The notes: generated from the sequence alone by a model not told the origin. A stretch of 32,110 bases of DNA from Promethearchaeota archaeon (GCA_048940925.1 JBHLOC010000054.1:1-32110), one strand, 5' to 3'; shown: positions 8,838-18,178, counted from the first letter of the stretch. Translations and numbers: made by a program.

Positions 8838-9980
8838 ATGACTAAAGGAATAATTCTGTCTGGAGGTTGGGGTACGCGATTACGCCCATTAACCTGCACA
8901 CTACCTAAAACATTAATCCCCATAGTAAACAAACCCGTTATTGAACGTCAAATTTTATTATTAAAAGCAGCTGGTGTAAAAGATATCATACTTGCTATTA
9001 GTGTAATGGGTGATATATTGCAAAATTATTTCAAAAATGGTGAAAAATGGGGGATTAATTTACAATATACAGATGAAAAAAGACCAATGGGAACTGCTGG
9101 AGCAGTAAAATTAGCTGAAGATTTACTAAAAGATGATAAATTTTTCATGTTAAATGGAGATGTGATTTTAAATTTTGATTTTACTCAAATGATAAAAATT
9201 CATAATCAATATGGAGGAATTGGAGTAATTGCAAGTAAGTTAGTAGATGATCCTTCCAGATATGGTGTTTTGATTGTAGAGGAAAATTCAAGTAAAATCT
9301 TAAAATTCCTTGAAAAATCAGAATATGCTCCATTAGATGGTAAATATATTCCAATGCCTATAAACGCAGGTATATATCTTTTTGAGCCTGAAATTCTTTC
9401 ATATATAGAACCTTTGAAGAAGGTTTCGATTGAAAGGGAAATTTTTCCAAGACTTGCAGGAGAAGGGAAACTTTACCACTATGCAATACCAGGAGTTTGG
9501 AAAGATATAGGAAAGCCCGAAGAATTATTAGAAGGAAATATTTCATTATTGAATGATATTTTAAAAAATAGTGAAAAAAAAAATTTAATTGATGATAATC
9601 TTGATATAGAAGATAAAGTGATAATATATCCTCCTGTTGCTATTGGAGAGAATGTAGTAATTAGAAAAAATTGTAAAGTTGGGCCAAATACTATAATTGG
9701 AAATAATGTATATATCGACACTAATAGTGAAATTAAAGAAAGTCTAATTTACAATGAAGCATATATTAACAAAAATGTAAAAATAGAAAACGCTATCATA
9801 TCTGATAACTGCCTAATCCATGACAATGTAGTATTAAAAGGGAATGGACATAATTTGGTAATTTTAGCTTCATATGTAGAGGTAATGGAGAATCTTAAAC
9901 TAATTGCACCATCTAATAATTCAATTACCGTGTGCCATCATGAAATTGTTAAAGAATGGGAGCTATTAAAAAATGTTTGA
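8838..9980 (+). CDS. NDP-sugar pyrophosphorylase (mannose-1-phosphate guanylyltransferase-like) with hexapeptide-repeat C-terminal domain
   Basis: LSGGWGTRLRPLT.TLPK, GTAGA, LNGD, WKDIG, left-handed beta-helix repeats. Confidence 0.93.
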   Translation: MTKGIILSGGWGTRLRPLTCTLPKTLIPIVNKPVIERQILLLKAAGVKDIILAISVMGDILQNYFKNGEKWGINLQYTDEKRPMGTAGAVKLAEDLLKDDKFFMLNGDVILNFDFTQMIKIHNQYGGIGVIASKLVDDPSRYGVLIVEENSSKILKFLEKSEYAPLDGKYIPMPINAGIYLFEPEILSYIEPLKKVSIEREIFPRLAGEGKLYHYAIPGVWKDIGKPEELLEGNISLLNDILKNSEKKNLIDDNLDIEDKVIIYPPVAIGENVVIRKNCKVGPNTIIGNNVYIDTNSEIKESLIYNEAYINKNVKIENAIISDNCLIHDNVVLKGNGHNLVILASYVEVMENLKLIAPSNNSITVCHHEIVKEWELLKNV

Positions 9981-10152
9981 TTTTAATTTTTTCAAATGAA
10001 AATAAGATGACATTTGGAAAATTGAATAATAGTGAATGATTCCTAAAAACAATAATTAATATTCAGAATATAAAAACTTCTAAACAAAAATGTAAAAAGA
10101 AAGAAGATATTATAGCTCATGATACAATTATAATATAATGTGATGTTGAAAG

Positions 10153-10434
10153 ATGGAAAATTTACAGGAAAAAGGTTTAACAATATATAATGCTATTTTT
10201 CAAGGAAAAAAAGATGTGAAAATTGATGATATTGAATATCCTATTAACAAATTTTCAAGTGGTATTAAATATGTTGACTTATTTGGATATCGCTTTATAG
10301 AACAAAATCGTAATAAAAAATCAGAATGGGGCAAGAAAGCAAGAGAAGGACATAAGATCATGTGGATTATAAAAGGGAGACGATATATGGCAAGAATTAT
10401 GGATGGAAAATATAATGATTTAAAAAAAAAATAA
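10153..10434 (+). CDS. Small hypothetical protein
   Basis: Clean 93-aa ORF with normal composition (FIEQN..KKSEWGKKAREGHKIMWI). Confidence 0.75.
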   Translation: MENLQEKGLTIYNAIFQGKKDVKIDDIEYPINKFSSGIKYVDLFGYRFIEQNRNKKSEWGKKAREGHKIMWIIKGRRYMARIMDGKYNDLKKK

Positions 10435-10551
10435 AAAAAATTTAATGAATTTTAACAAAATACAAATTTCTAATAATTATTAATTCTTTTCCTTCTAATC
10501 TTTTTCTATTCATTTCTTTTTTCACCATTTTTTTATTCGAGCTTTTCCTTC

Positions 10552-10668
10552 TTTTTCAAACGTTCGAATTTTAATAATAATATAGAACATAATATATTTA
10601 AATGTTTCGTTTTTACAAAATTTTTCTAACGTTCGAAAAATATAAATAATATAAAACATATATATTAA
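10552..10668 (+). promoter_or_regulatory. Two ~50-bp imperfect direct repeats upstream of an ArsR-type regulator (candidate operators/promoters)
   Basis: tttttcaaacgttcgaattttaataataatatagaacataatatatttaa (10552-10601) vs tttttctaacgttcgaaaaatataaataatataaaacatatatattaa (10621-10668). Confidence 0.6.
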
Positions 10669-10673
10669 GTAAG

Positions 10674-11396
10674 ATGACTACTAATGATAAAAAACTCAAT
10701 AATAATCATTCTTCAATTATTGATGTGTTAAAAAGTGATATCCGATTCCGTATTTTTTCATTATTCAATCTTTATCCTGAATTGAGTTTAGCTGAGCTGA
10801 AGGATATACTGAGTAAGAGTAAATCGACTATTCATCATCATTTGGAAAAACTAAAAGAAGCGGATTTAATTGAGGTCTCCCGAGAGGAAAAAGTACGAGG
10901 TAACATTTTGAAGAAATATTACTCGTTAAAACCTGGATATCAAAAAAAGTTAGAAAATACTGATTCTAGTTTACAAGAAGTTAATAAGAGTACGTTTGCA
11001 TTTTATGGGACGTATTTGAACTTTGCTATTAGAACTCTCGAAATGTACAAGAAATTCTTTGAAATACTTGAACAAAAAAAGAAAGGATATGAACAATTAA
11101 GAGAAATTATGCAGGAAGAAGAAGGCTTTAGCAGTATGTTCTTTTTTAGCAAAGAGCAATTTAAAAAAGTGATGCTGCTCTTTAAGGAATTTGCTGATAA
11201 CCTTAATAGAATAGAAATTGAATCTAACAGTATTCAAATTGAGAAGCCTTATTACTTTTTTACTTTTGGAATGCCCTTAAAAAAAGTAATTGAAGAAATT
11301 GGGAAAACATCACTGCCGCCATCACCACCATCACCACGATCACCATCATCACCACGACCACCATCGCCACCACGTAAAACTAGAAGAAATAAATAA
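10674..11396 (+). CDS. ArsR/winged-helix transcriptional regulator with Ser/Pro-rich basic tail
   Basis: DIRFRIFSL...LSLAELKDILSKSKSTIHHHLEKLKEADLIEV...KKYYSL wHTH. Confidence 0.88.
   Translation: MTTNDKKLNNNHSSIIDVLKSDIRFRIFSLFNLYPELSLAELKDILSKSKSTIHHHLEKLKEADLIEVSREEKVRGNILKKYYSLKPGYQKKLENTDSSLQEVNKSTFAFYGTYLNFAIRTLEMYKKFFEILEQKKKGYEQLREIMQEEEGFSSMFFFSKEQFKKVMLLFKEFADNLNRIEIESNSIQIEKPYYFFTFGMPLKKVIEEIGKTSLPPSPPSPRSPSSPRPPSPPRKTRRNK
11310..11375 (+). repeat. 9-bp degenerate tandem repeat (tcaccacca/tcaccacga/tcaccatca) encoding SPP-SPR-SPS-SPR
   Basis: Directly visible; GC-rich relative to its surroundings. Confidence 0.85.
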
Positions 11397-11553
11397 ATTT
11401 TCGAAAAAATCTCTCTTTATTAAAATCTTAATTAATAGCTTTCTATGAATTAACCTTAATTCTAAAAATTGGACTCCAATTTATTTTTATTCCTATTTGA
11501 GAATTAATTATTTAGTAATAAGAAAAATAAATCATAATGATATGTGATTAGAG

Positions 11554-11742
11554 ATGGAAGCTAAAGTAAAGATGAATATGAACTATTATGAATTTTTAGG
11601 GGTAGTTCAAGAAGTTTCCAAAAAATCAAAAGCCATCCAGAGAAATCTTATAAATAAAATATATGAAAACTATGATATTCAACAAGTTAAAAATAGATTA
11701 ATTAAGCAGATTGAAAATCTGGATAGATTAATAATAAAATAA
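11554..11742 (+). CDS. Small hypothetical protein (62 aa)
   Basis: ATG-started ORF in an otherwise empty intergenic region; amphipathic-looking sequence. Confidence 0.55.
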   Translation: MEAKVKMNMNYYEFLGVVQEVSKKSKAIQRNLINKIYENYDIQQVKNRLIKQIENLDRLIIK

Positions 11743-11885
11743 TATTCCTCGTGATAAAAATGTATAAGGAAAAAAAATTGGAAAAAAAGGAATTAATAAT
11801 TATAAGAAGTGTCATTGAAGGAAATTTTAGGTTTAGATAAATAATTTCTTTTTTTTTTTTTATGATTATTTCTTTTTCATTTCCT

Positions 11886-11913
11886 AATTGAGTACTCAAT
11901 TGAGTACTCAATT
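11886..11913. repeat. Perfect 28-bp palindrome built from a tandem 12-mer (aattgagtactc)x2 + aatt
   Basis: aattgagtactcaattgagtactcaatt equals its own reverse complement. Confidence 0.9.
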
Positions 11914-11953
11914 TTTACTTATTTTCGTTGAAATTGTCATATTAATTAGCATA

Positions 11954-12391
11954 CTAAATTCTTTCAAGAATAAACGATGGTAATTTCCCTTCTTGAACTA
12001 GAATTTTCACCAAATTAGGCATACTATTCCATTGCTGAACACAGTAGTTAAATTCTTCTTCTGTGATATCTTTAAATTTAGACGCTCTATAAACTAACAT
12101 TCCTACAGGAGTTGCGAAGAGATGATTTACTTTATCACAAGGGAAATCATCACATTGTGCACAACTATCTAATCCTTTATTACGAGCACACGGGCGAGCC
12201 TTACACTGCTTATCTGCAATCTTATTTCCTTTGCTCTTGCATCCTTCACACGCTACATTCTCAGCAGTGTAGTTCTCATGTCCAAGATATTTTTTCCAAG
12301 CATCAACCATTTTTTGTCGAACACTTTGGTCATTGGAACGAGCAGCACATAAATAGCAATTATAACCACAATAACCAATCATTCTTTCCAT
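11954..12391 (-). CDS. DUF3795-type cysteine-rich protein
   Basis: GYCGYNCYLC...CEGCKS...CKARPCA...SCAQCDDFPC pattern. Confidence 0.85.
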   Translation of the reverse strand: MERMIGYCGYNCYLCAARSNDQSVRQKMVDAWKKYLGHENYTAENVACEGCKSKGNKIADKQCKARPCARNKGLDSCAQCDDFPCDKVNHLFATPVGMLVYRASKFKDITEEEFNYCVQQWNSMPNLVKILVQEGKLPSFILERI

Positions 12392-12438
12392 ATCAAAATC
12401 ACAAAATACTATTTTTCTCTAAATATAACAAACTAAGA

Positions 12439-13038
12439 TTAACTTAAATTTAACTTTTTTGCGATCAATTCCAAATATGATTCTCTAATCGATTCTTGTT
12501 TCGATATTCCAAAATGTTCTAAAAATTCAAAAAGTATGTTTTTTATAAACTCTATATTATTCAGTGTATCTGATAAAACCTCAACCTCCAAAAAATGTTG
12601 GTTCAGGATTGGTATATAATCAATTAAAGCATCAATGTGAAAATTCTTGAATACAAACTTATATAACTCACGTTCTTTTTTAATGGTAAAAATTTCTTTA
12701 AATCCGAGATTATTTAACAATTCTCTCATCTTATCTAAATTTTCAATCTTAACCTCTAATTCTTTACGAGTTTTGGTTGCATCATCAATTTTTCTCCCTT
12801 TATATGTCAGAAAATAAACGACTTCTTGATTTATTTCATTATTATTCTTATTAAATTCAATAGATTTTCTAAGTCTTAAAGCCTCATCTGTTTTTTTAAA
12901 ATCTCTTAATCCTTTTGGCATGTTAAAATAAGTATCTTCATGAAATAATGATATTTTATATATTCCATTATATTTTTTAATTTGTTTTCTCAACAATTCT
13001 GGATTTGAGATTTTGGCTTTAATTTCTATTTCTATCAT
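12439..13038 (-). CDS. cyaB: Class IV adenylate cyclase / CYTH-domain protein
   Basis: EIEIKAK (ExExK), EDTYF, DEALRLR, LTYKG, TRKELE, KERELY, FLEVE, SYLEL. Confidence 0.92.
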   Translation of the reverse strand: MIEIEIKAKISNPELLRKQIKKYNGIYKISLFHEDTYFNMPKGLRDFKKTDEALRLRKSIEFNKNNNEINQEVVYFLTYKGRKIDDATKTRKELEVKIENLDKMRELLNNLGFKEIFTIKKERELYKFVFKNFHIDALIDYIPILNQHFLEVEVLSDTLNNIEFIKNILFEFLEHFGISKQESIRESYLELIAKKLNLS

Positions 13039-13180
13039 ATAAGTACTTTCTAATCTGATAACAATTATAATTTATTCTTTTTTATATGTATTTAAAAGAT
13101 TTATTTGAGTTGACTTATCAATTTCTCATTTTCAAGAAGACATATTAAAGCTTGCCAAAGAATTTGGATATCTTCCTTAT

Positions 13181-14086
13181 ATGATTAAAAGATACATTGA
13201 ATTTTTAGGATTTGATGACACTATTAATCTTTTAAAAGCAAATGAAAAACCTTTAACACCAGCTATACGGATTAACACTCTTAAAACTAGTAGTGAAGAA
13301 TTAAAACAAAAATTAGAACAAAAAGGTTTTGAATTAGAACCAGTTGAGTGGGTTCCTTATGCGTATAAGGTAATCAAAGAAACGTACAATTTAGGCTCAA
13401 CTCATGAATTTCTCCAAGGTTATTATTATTTACAAAATATAGCATCGATGCTTCCTGCTATAATTCTCGATCCGAATCCTGCTGATATAGTTATCGATAT
13501 GTGTGCAGCACCTGGAAGCAAAGCAACACATATAGCACAATTAATGAAAAATCAAGGAGTTCTAATACTAATTGACAGAAATAGAAAGAGAATCCCTGCT
13601 TTAAAAGTTAATTTGCGCAGAATGGGAATCATTAATTCTATAGTTCTAAACATGGATGCTAACGATATATCTAAATTAAATATTAAAGCAGATAAAATTT
13701 TATTAGATGCTCCCTGCACAGGAGAAGGATTGATAAGACAAGATCCAACCAGAAAAAAAAGTAAAAAACTAAAAGATATCCAAAAGATGTCTAAAATTCA
13801 AAAGTTATTACTTAGGGCTGGTTTGAAAGTTTTAAAACCGGGAGGTAAAATCTTATATAGTACTTGTTCAATCGCTCCCGAAGAAAATGAATTAGTACTA
13901 AATGATGTACTTCAAGATGAGTCAGATTTTTCGATAATAAAGATTGAAAATCAATATGGTATTAATGGACTTACCAATTTGTTTGATAATCCATTAATGG
14001 AGAGTTTAGAGTTATCTCAACGGCTATATCCCCACCTACATGATACTATTGGTTTTTTCTTATGTCTTATTGAAAGAACTGATTAA
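13181..14086 (+). CDS. RsmB/NOP2 (NOL1/Fmu) family RNA m5C methyltransferase; true start may lie upstream (frame open from 13109)
   Basis: IRINTLK, QNIASM, DMCAAPGSKA, DAPCTGEG, YSTCS, PEENE, RLYPHLHDTIGFF. Confidence 0.93.
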   Translation: MIKRYIEFLGFDDTINLLKANEKPLTPAIRINTLKTSSEELKQKLEQKGFELEPVEWVPYAYKVIKETYNLGSTHEFLQGYYYLQNIASMLPAIILDPNPADIVIDMCAAPGSKATHIAQLMKNQGVLILIDRNRKRIPALKVNLRRMGIINSIVLNMDANDISKLNIKADKILLDAPCTGEGLIRQDPTRKKSKKLKDIQKMSKIQKLLLRAGLKVLKPGGKILYSTCSIAPEENELVLNDVLQDESDFSIIKIENQYGINGLTNLFDNPLMESLELSQRLYPHLHDTIGFFLCLIERTD

Positions 14087-14142
14087 AAATCATCCTATTA
14101 TATTAAGACTAAATAATAGAGATCCTCTTTACTTCAATTTAT

Positions 14143-14175
14143 TTTTGTAAAAAATTGGTCCTTATACATTTATAT
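14143..14175 (+). promoter_or_regulatory. Copy 1 of a ~33-bp direct repeat with a TATA-like end
   Basis: ttttgtaaaaaattggtccttatacatttatat matches 16608-16640. Confidence 0.65.
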
Positions 14176-14457
14176 TTGTAGTATGACTAAAAATCATACA
14201 TTTAGATTCGCTCTAAAATAATTCTTCTTTAAAAAGAGATATCCAATATTTTGCTTAATCGCACTAAAATAAGTAATAAAAATTACCCATTAATCTCTAA
14301 TCAGCATGATTTATTAAAGAATGTCAAAATATTACTTTTTATAAGATTTTATATTAATAACTCTCTTAATATTATCTTAGCCAATATAGTTTTAAGAAAT
14401 AAACTCAAACCTGAAATATTAAAAGCACGATTAGTAAGTCCTGTAAACTTTTTAAAT

Positions 14458-15183
14458 ATGAAAATTGAGATAATCAAACGTTCAATTGGATTACAACATC
14501 CTAGTGTTCAGAGAGTATTAGAAATTGCTCAAGAACTTTTGAATCAAAATAAAGTATTAAACATAGAAAATTTATATAACTTAGCTAAAAGACGCTTAAA
14601 ACTACCTCGGAATGGGCTTCTAAATATTATTCAATTTTTAATAAATAAAAAAGTATTAATTGAGGGTTCAAAATTCTCAAAAAAAAATGTACTCACTAAT
14701 AATTATCGAAAAAAAATTTTTAATTATATTAATACCTATCCAGGAATTCATTTCTCACTCCTAAAAAAAAGAGCACTTTCTGATAGTTCAGAAGAAACTG
14801 GAAGTTCCGGCCAATTAATTTGGCATTTAGAAATGTTATTGAGATTTGATTTCATAAAGAAGACAAAGGTTGGCCATTACACAGTTTTCCTCCCTTCTGA
14901 TATGGGTGAGGAAGAAGGAAAACTAATTTTCTTGCTAAGAGATGAGATTAACAATAAAATCTTACACTTATTAACAGAACAAGATTTAACTATAAAATCG
15001 GAAGTTTATAAAGATATCAATGAAAAAAGAGAAGATGTATATTATCGTATCAAGAATTTAATAGATCAAGATATTATTTCGTTAGATGAAGAAACTAACA
15101 AGGAACTATCTATAAATTCAAATCTTAAGGAGATTCTTCTCAAGATATTAAAAGAAAGTAAAATGAAAAAGTTAAAAACTTAA
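14458..15183 (+). CDS. Multi-winged-helix DNA-binding protein (COG3398-like); likely start at ATG 14458
   Basis: RKKIFNYINTYPGIHFSLL...GQLIWHLEMLLRFDFI and KSEVYKDINEKREDVYYRIKNL. The TTG-started extension from 14251 looks non-coding. Confidence 0.82.
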   Translation: MKIEIIKRSIGLQHPSVQRVLEIAQELLNQNKVLNIENLYNLAKRRLKLPRNGLLNIIQFLINKKVLIEGSKFSKKNVLTNNYRKKIFNYINTYPGIHFSLLKKRALSDSSEETGSSGQLIWHLEMLLRFDFIKKTKVGHYTVFLPSDMGEEEGKLIFLLRDEINNKILHLLTEQDLTIKSEVYKDINEKREDVYYRIKNLIDQDIISLDEETNKELSINSNLKEILLKILKESKMKKLKT

Positions 15184-15216
15184 TTTTAAAAATTAAAAAG
15201 AGGGAAAGGAGCAAAA

Positions 15217-16527
15217 GTGGTATTGAATTGGAATATCGAAGTGATTGTTGATTTTATTATAGCTTTTGGTGTCTTAATCAACACAATAGTAACCTATTTT
15301 ATGCCAAAGTCTCAGAAAATTACATCATTACTCTATATTAGATTGTCAATTTTTGGCATGGCTGTTTTTATGGCCATGGATGGGTTATCATTTCTTTTTG
15401 TTAGTGAATTGCTTGCTAGAATTACAGGGATTGTCCTTTTCCCAACCACAATTTTCATGATAATAGGAATTAATTATACAATTAGGGAAATATTTTATTC
15501 TAAAGGTCTCATTATTTGTTTTGGATTAGGTATGTTATTTATATACTTAGCATTTCAACCTAGAGTTGCCAAATCCAATTTAGAAACAGGTTATGTTAGG
15601 ATGAGTTGGGTTGGAGCTTTTAATATTCTTGGAATTATGTTTACAGCAATAATGGCACTTTATTTATTTTATTGGGGGTTAAAAACATGGCTAAACGCTC
15701 CAGTTCTGATAAAAAAAGAAGCATCTATTTTCTTTCTAGGTATCATAGTAGCTTCACCATTAGCTATGATTTTCTATTTATTTTATCTGTTAGAACCAGT
15801 TTTTATTTTAGTCTCTGATTTTGCTATTATAATCGGTATTGTGATTTTTCTTTTAGCTATACTACGTGAACCAAAACTCCTCTATATATTACCTTTTACT
15901 GTTTATAGAATTAGTGTAAAAGATAGAGAAGGTTTTCCGTTGTTCGATCATGATTGGTCTAAATCCAATATAAATGATATAATCTTTACAGGATTTTTAA
16001 ATGCGGTACAGCTTATGAGCGAAGAAGTTATGAATATTGGGGGATTGTTAGATATAAACTTAGAAGAAGGGATTTTAGTAGTAAGAGAATCTAAATTAAT
16101 AACAGTTGGTTTAGTTGCTTCTAAATCTTCTAAATTATTAAGTGAATCTGTAGTAAAATTCGCAAATGATTTTGAGAAAAAATTTGAGAAAGAATTAAAA
16201 AAGTCAATTAAAGATATGTCCCAATATGAGGATGCTTTTGAACTCATAGAAAAATACTTCTCTAACTTCCCCTATAAGATCATTAAAAGCAAAAAACAAC
16301 CCTTAATTCTAACAGGAAAATTTGCACGAATTCCTTTAGAAATAGAAAATAAGTTAAAAAGTATATTTACAGATGAACAGGAATATGAATTTATAAAAAC
16401 AGAACTACAAAGATCTCCCTACTATTTTTCTAAACAGTTTTTATCATTATATGATGAATTGAAAAAAGAGGATCAAATTTCTGAAGAAGAACCAAAACGT
16501 CTGGGTAAAGAATTAACTAATGACTAG
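15217..16527 (+). CDS. About 7-TM membrane protein with C-terminal longin-like domain
   Basis: Seven hydrophobic segments, then YRISVKDREGFPLF...IFTGFLNAVQLMSEEVM..GGLLDINL..GILVV..SKLITVGLVASK...VVKFANDFEKKF (beta-beta-alpha-beta-beta-beta-alpha-alpha pattern). Confidence 0.75.
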   Translation: MVLNWNIEVIVDFIIAFGVLINTIVTYFMPKSQKITSLLYIRLSIFGMAVFMAMDGLSFLFVSELLARITGIVLFPTTIFMIIGINYTIREIFYSKGLIICFGLGMLFIYLAFQPRVAKSNLETGYVRMSWVGAFNILGIMFTAIMALYLFYWGLKTWLNAPVLIKKEASIFFLGIIVASPLAMIFYLFYLLEPVFILVSDFAIIIGIVIFLLAILREPKLLYILPFTVYRISVKDREGFPLFDHDWSKSNINDIIFTGFLNAVQLMSEEVMNIGGLLDINLEEGILVVRESKLITVGLVASKSSKLLSESVVKFANDFEKKFEKELKKSIKDMSQYEDAFELIEKYFSNFPYKIIKSKKQPLILTGKFARIPLEIENKLKSIFTDEQEYEFIKTELQRSPYYFSKQFLSLYDELKKEDQISEEEPKRLGKELTND

Positions 16528-16607
16528 AGAGTTAAATCAATATTTATCAATATACTACTTTTTCTTATTAACAAAGATTTTTTCAGTTAACATTTTTGTA
16601 AAATCAC

Positions 16608-16640
16608 TTTTGTAGAAAATTGGTCCTTATAGTTTTATAT
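16608..16640 (+). promoter_or_regulatory. Copy 2 of the ~33-bp direct repeat
   Basis: ttttgtagaaaattggtccttatagttttatat. Confidence 0.65.
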
Positions 16641-16799
16641 ATTCAACTAATGTAACTGATCATGGTTTCACTTCTATAAGTCTTTAAGGGAGAAAAGAGT
16701 GAAATCTAATGTTTATAGAATTAAGAGGAAAATAAAACTATATTGGTGCTTTTAATATTATTACTTTTTCCTCTTAGTGTAAAATATTCATTTTTCATA

Positions 16800-17384
16800 T
16801 TATTGTCTTTTCCTTAAATATGAACCTTTATCAACTAGATTAATAGCAATAATCTTATTAGGTTCTAGAATTTGGATATCCTCTTTATCTATTGCTGATC
16901 GCCCTAATGCTATTATCTCATTTAACATATTGAAAATGACTAAGAAATCATCTTTCTTTAAAACAGTGGGGCTTTCAACAATCATATTCTTCGAAATATC
17001 ATTTCCATAGAGAATTGACTTTTCTCCTTTATTATTTATATGTAATTTTTTGAAATTAGAAATAATTTTATGTTTATATAAAAATTCTGCGCCTTCTAAG
17101 CTTATGTAGAATTTCCCTTTCTTGATAAAACCAAAATAAAGACCAGCAAAAATAACATTTTCTTGTTCCTTTACAGTATCAATGATTTTTGATATATCAT
17201 CAGAAATTAGATAAAGTTTAGGATATTTATTTTCCATAATTGAATCTTCTAAAGAGATATACAAATAATTCCTATACCTTTCCACTGAAAAACTTGAGGA
17301 AATATTAGCAAACCATGTAGCAATAATACTTATTTCCATTTGATTTATTCTGCGAAAATTTTTAGAATCAATCATCATCAACAA
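16800..17384 (-). CDS. nip7: Ribosome biogenesis protein Nip7-like (PUA domain)
   Basis: AGLYFG, ISLEG, GEKSILYGNDI, IIALG, NLVDKGSYLR. Confidence 0.85.
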   Translation of the reverse strand: MLMMIDSKNFRRINQMEISIIATWFANISSSFSVERYRNYLYISLEDSIMENKYPKLYLISDDISKIIDTVKEQENVIFAGLYFGFIKKGKFYISLEGAEFLYKHKIISNFKKLHINNKGEKSILYGNDISKNMIVESPTVLKKDDFLVIFNMLNEIIALGRSAIDKEDIQILEPNKIIAINLVDKGSYLRKRQ

Positions 17385-17452
17385 AAAAAAAGAAATAAGA
17401 AGTGTTATTAATATTAATCTATAAACGCATTAAAAAATAGTGATATCTAAAA

Positions 17453-18166
17453 ATGGGTATTCGAAAAATAGAAGACGAGATTGATTTAAGGGAAGCAATG
17501 AAAAAAAAAGCTGCTGAATTGAAAATGAAAGATATGGAAGCTAAGGCTGCGGTGGAAAGATTTACAAAAGACCAACTCAGAGCTCTAGCAAAAAAACATG
17601 GAGTTCTTTTAGCGTTAACTCCCGAATTAAGAGAAGAAGTTAAAGAATTACAAAAAAAATATAGTATTCCATCCTCAAAAATAATTACAGAACAAATAAC
17701 TGAGCATGATGTATTAAAAAAGTTCTTTAAAATCGACCATGAAAAATTAGGAATGCTTGCTTACCAAAGAGTTTTAATGAGTAAAGAAGAAACTGGTGGA
17801 ATTATTCCCTTATCTGAGGTTTTTGAATTAGTAAATACTGGAATTTTAAAAGGAAATGTTTCGGTTAAAGATGTAGAAAAATCAATGAAACTCTTAAAAA
17901 AGACTAAGGTAATTGAGGATGTTTCCCAATTAGATTCTGGTGCAATGATAGTTCGCTTTTTTCCTATTCAATATACAGATGATGAGGTAAAAGTTGTTGA
18001 AATCGCGAAAGAAAAAGGAGTTGTTTCTTTAGAGGATGTATGTACTAAATTAGAATGGTCTCAAGATCGGGCTTTTAGAGCCTTGGACTCGCTGGAAAAG
18101 AGTGGAGTTGCAAAATTCAGAGAATCAGTTCTCACAGGAAAGCAATGGTTTTTCCCATCTTTATAA
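17453..18166 (+). CDS. ESCRT-II Vps22/Vps36-like (EAP30 domain) protein
   Basis: EKLGMLAYQRVLMSKEETGGIIPLSEV..LVN...VSVKDVEKSMKLL and C-terminal wHTH LEWSQDRAFRALDSLEKSG...WFFPSL; lies in the ESCRT cluster. Confidence 0.88.
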   Translation: MGIRKIEDEIDLREAMKKKAAELKMKDMEAKAAVERFTKDQLRALAKKHGVLLALTPELREEVKELQKKYSIPSSKIITEQITEHDVLKKFFKIDHEKLGMLAYQRVLMSKEETGGIIPLSEVFELVNTGILKGNVSVKDVEKSMKLLKKTKVIEDVSQLDSGAMIVRFFPIQYTDDEVKVVEIAKEKGVVSLEDVCTKLEWSQDRAFRALDSLEKSGVAKFRESVLTGKQWFFPSL

Positions 18167-18178
18167 GTTATACTTAAA

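Noticed and set aside
11702-11911. 69-aa minus-strand ORF
   Set aside because: Built from the palindromic repeat and a homopolymer run; unlikely to be coding.
14251-14457. TTG-started extension of the wHTH gene
   Set aside because: Low-complexity AT-rich translation, likely leader or promoter sequence.
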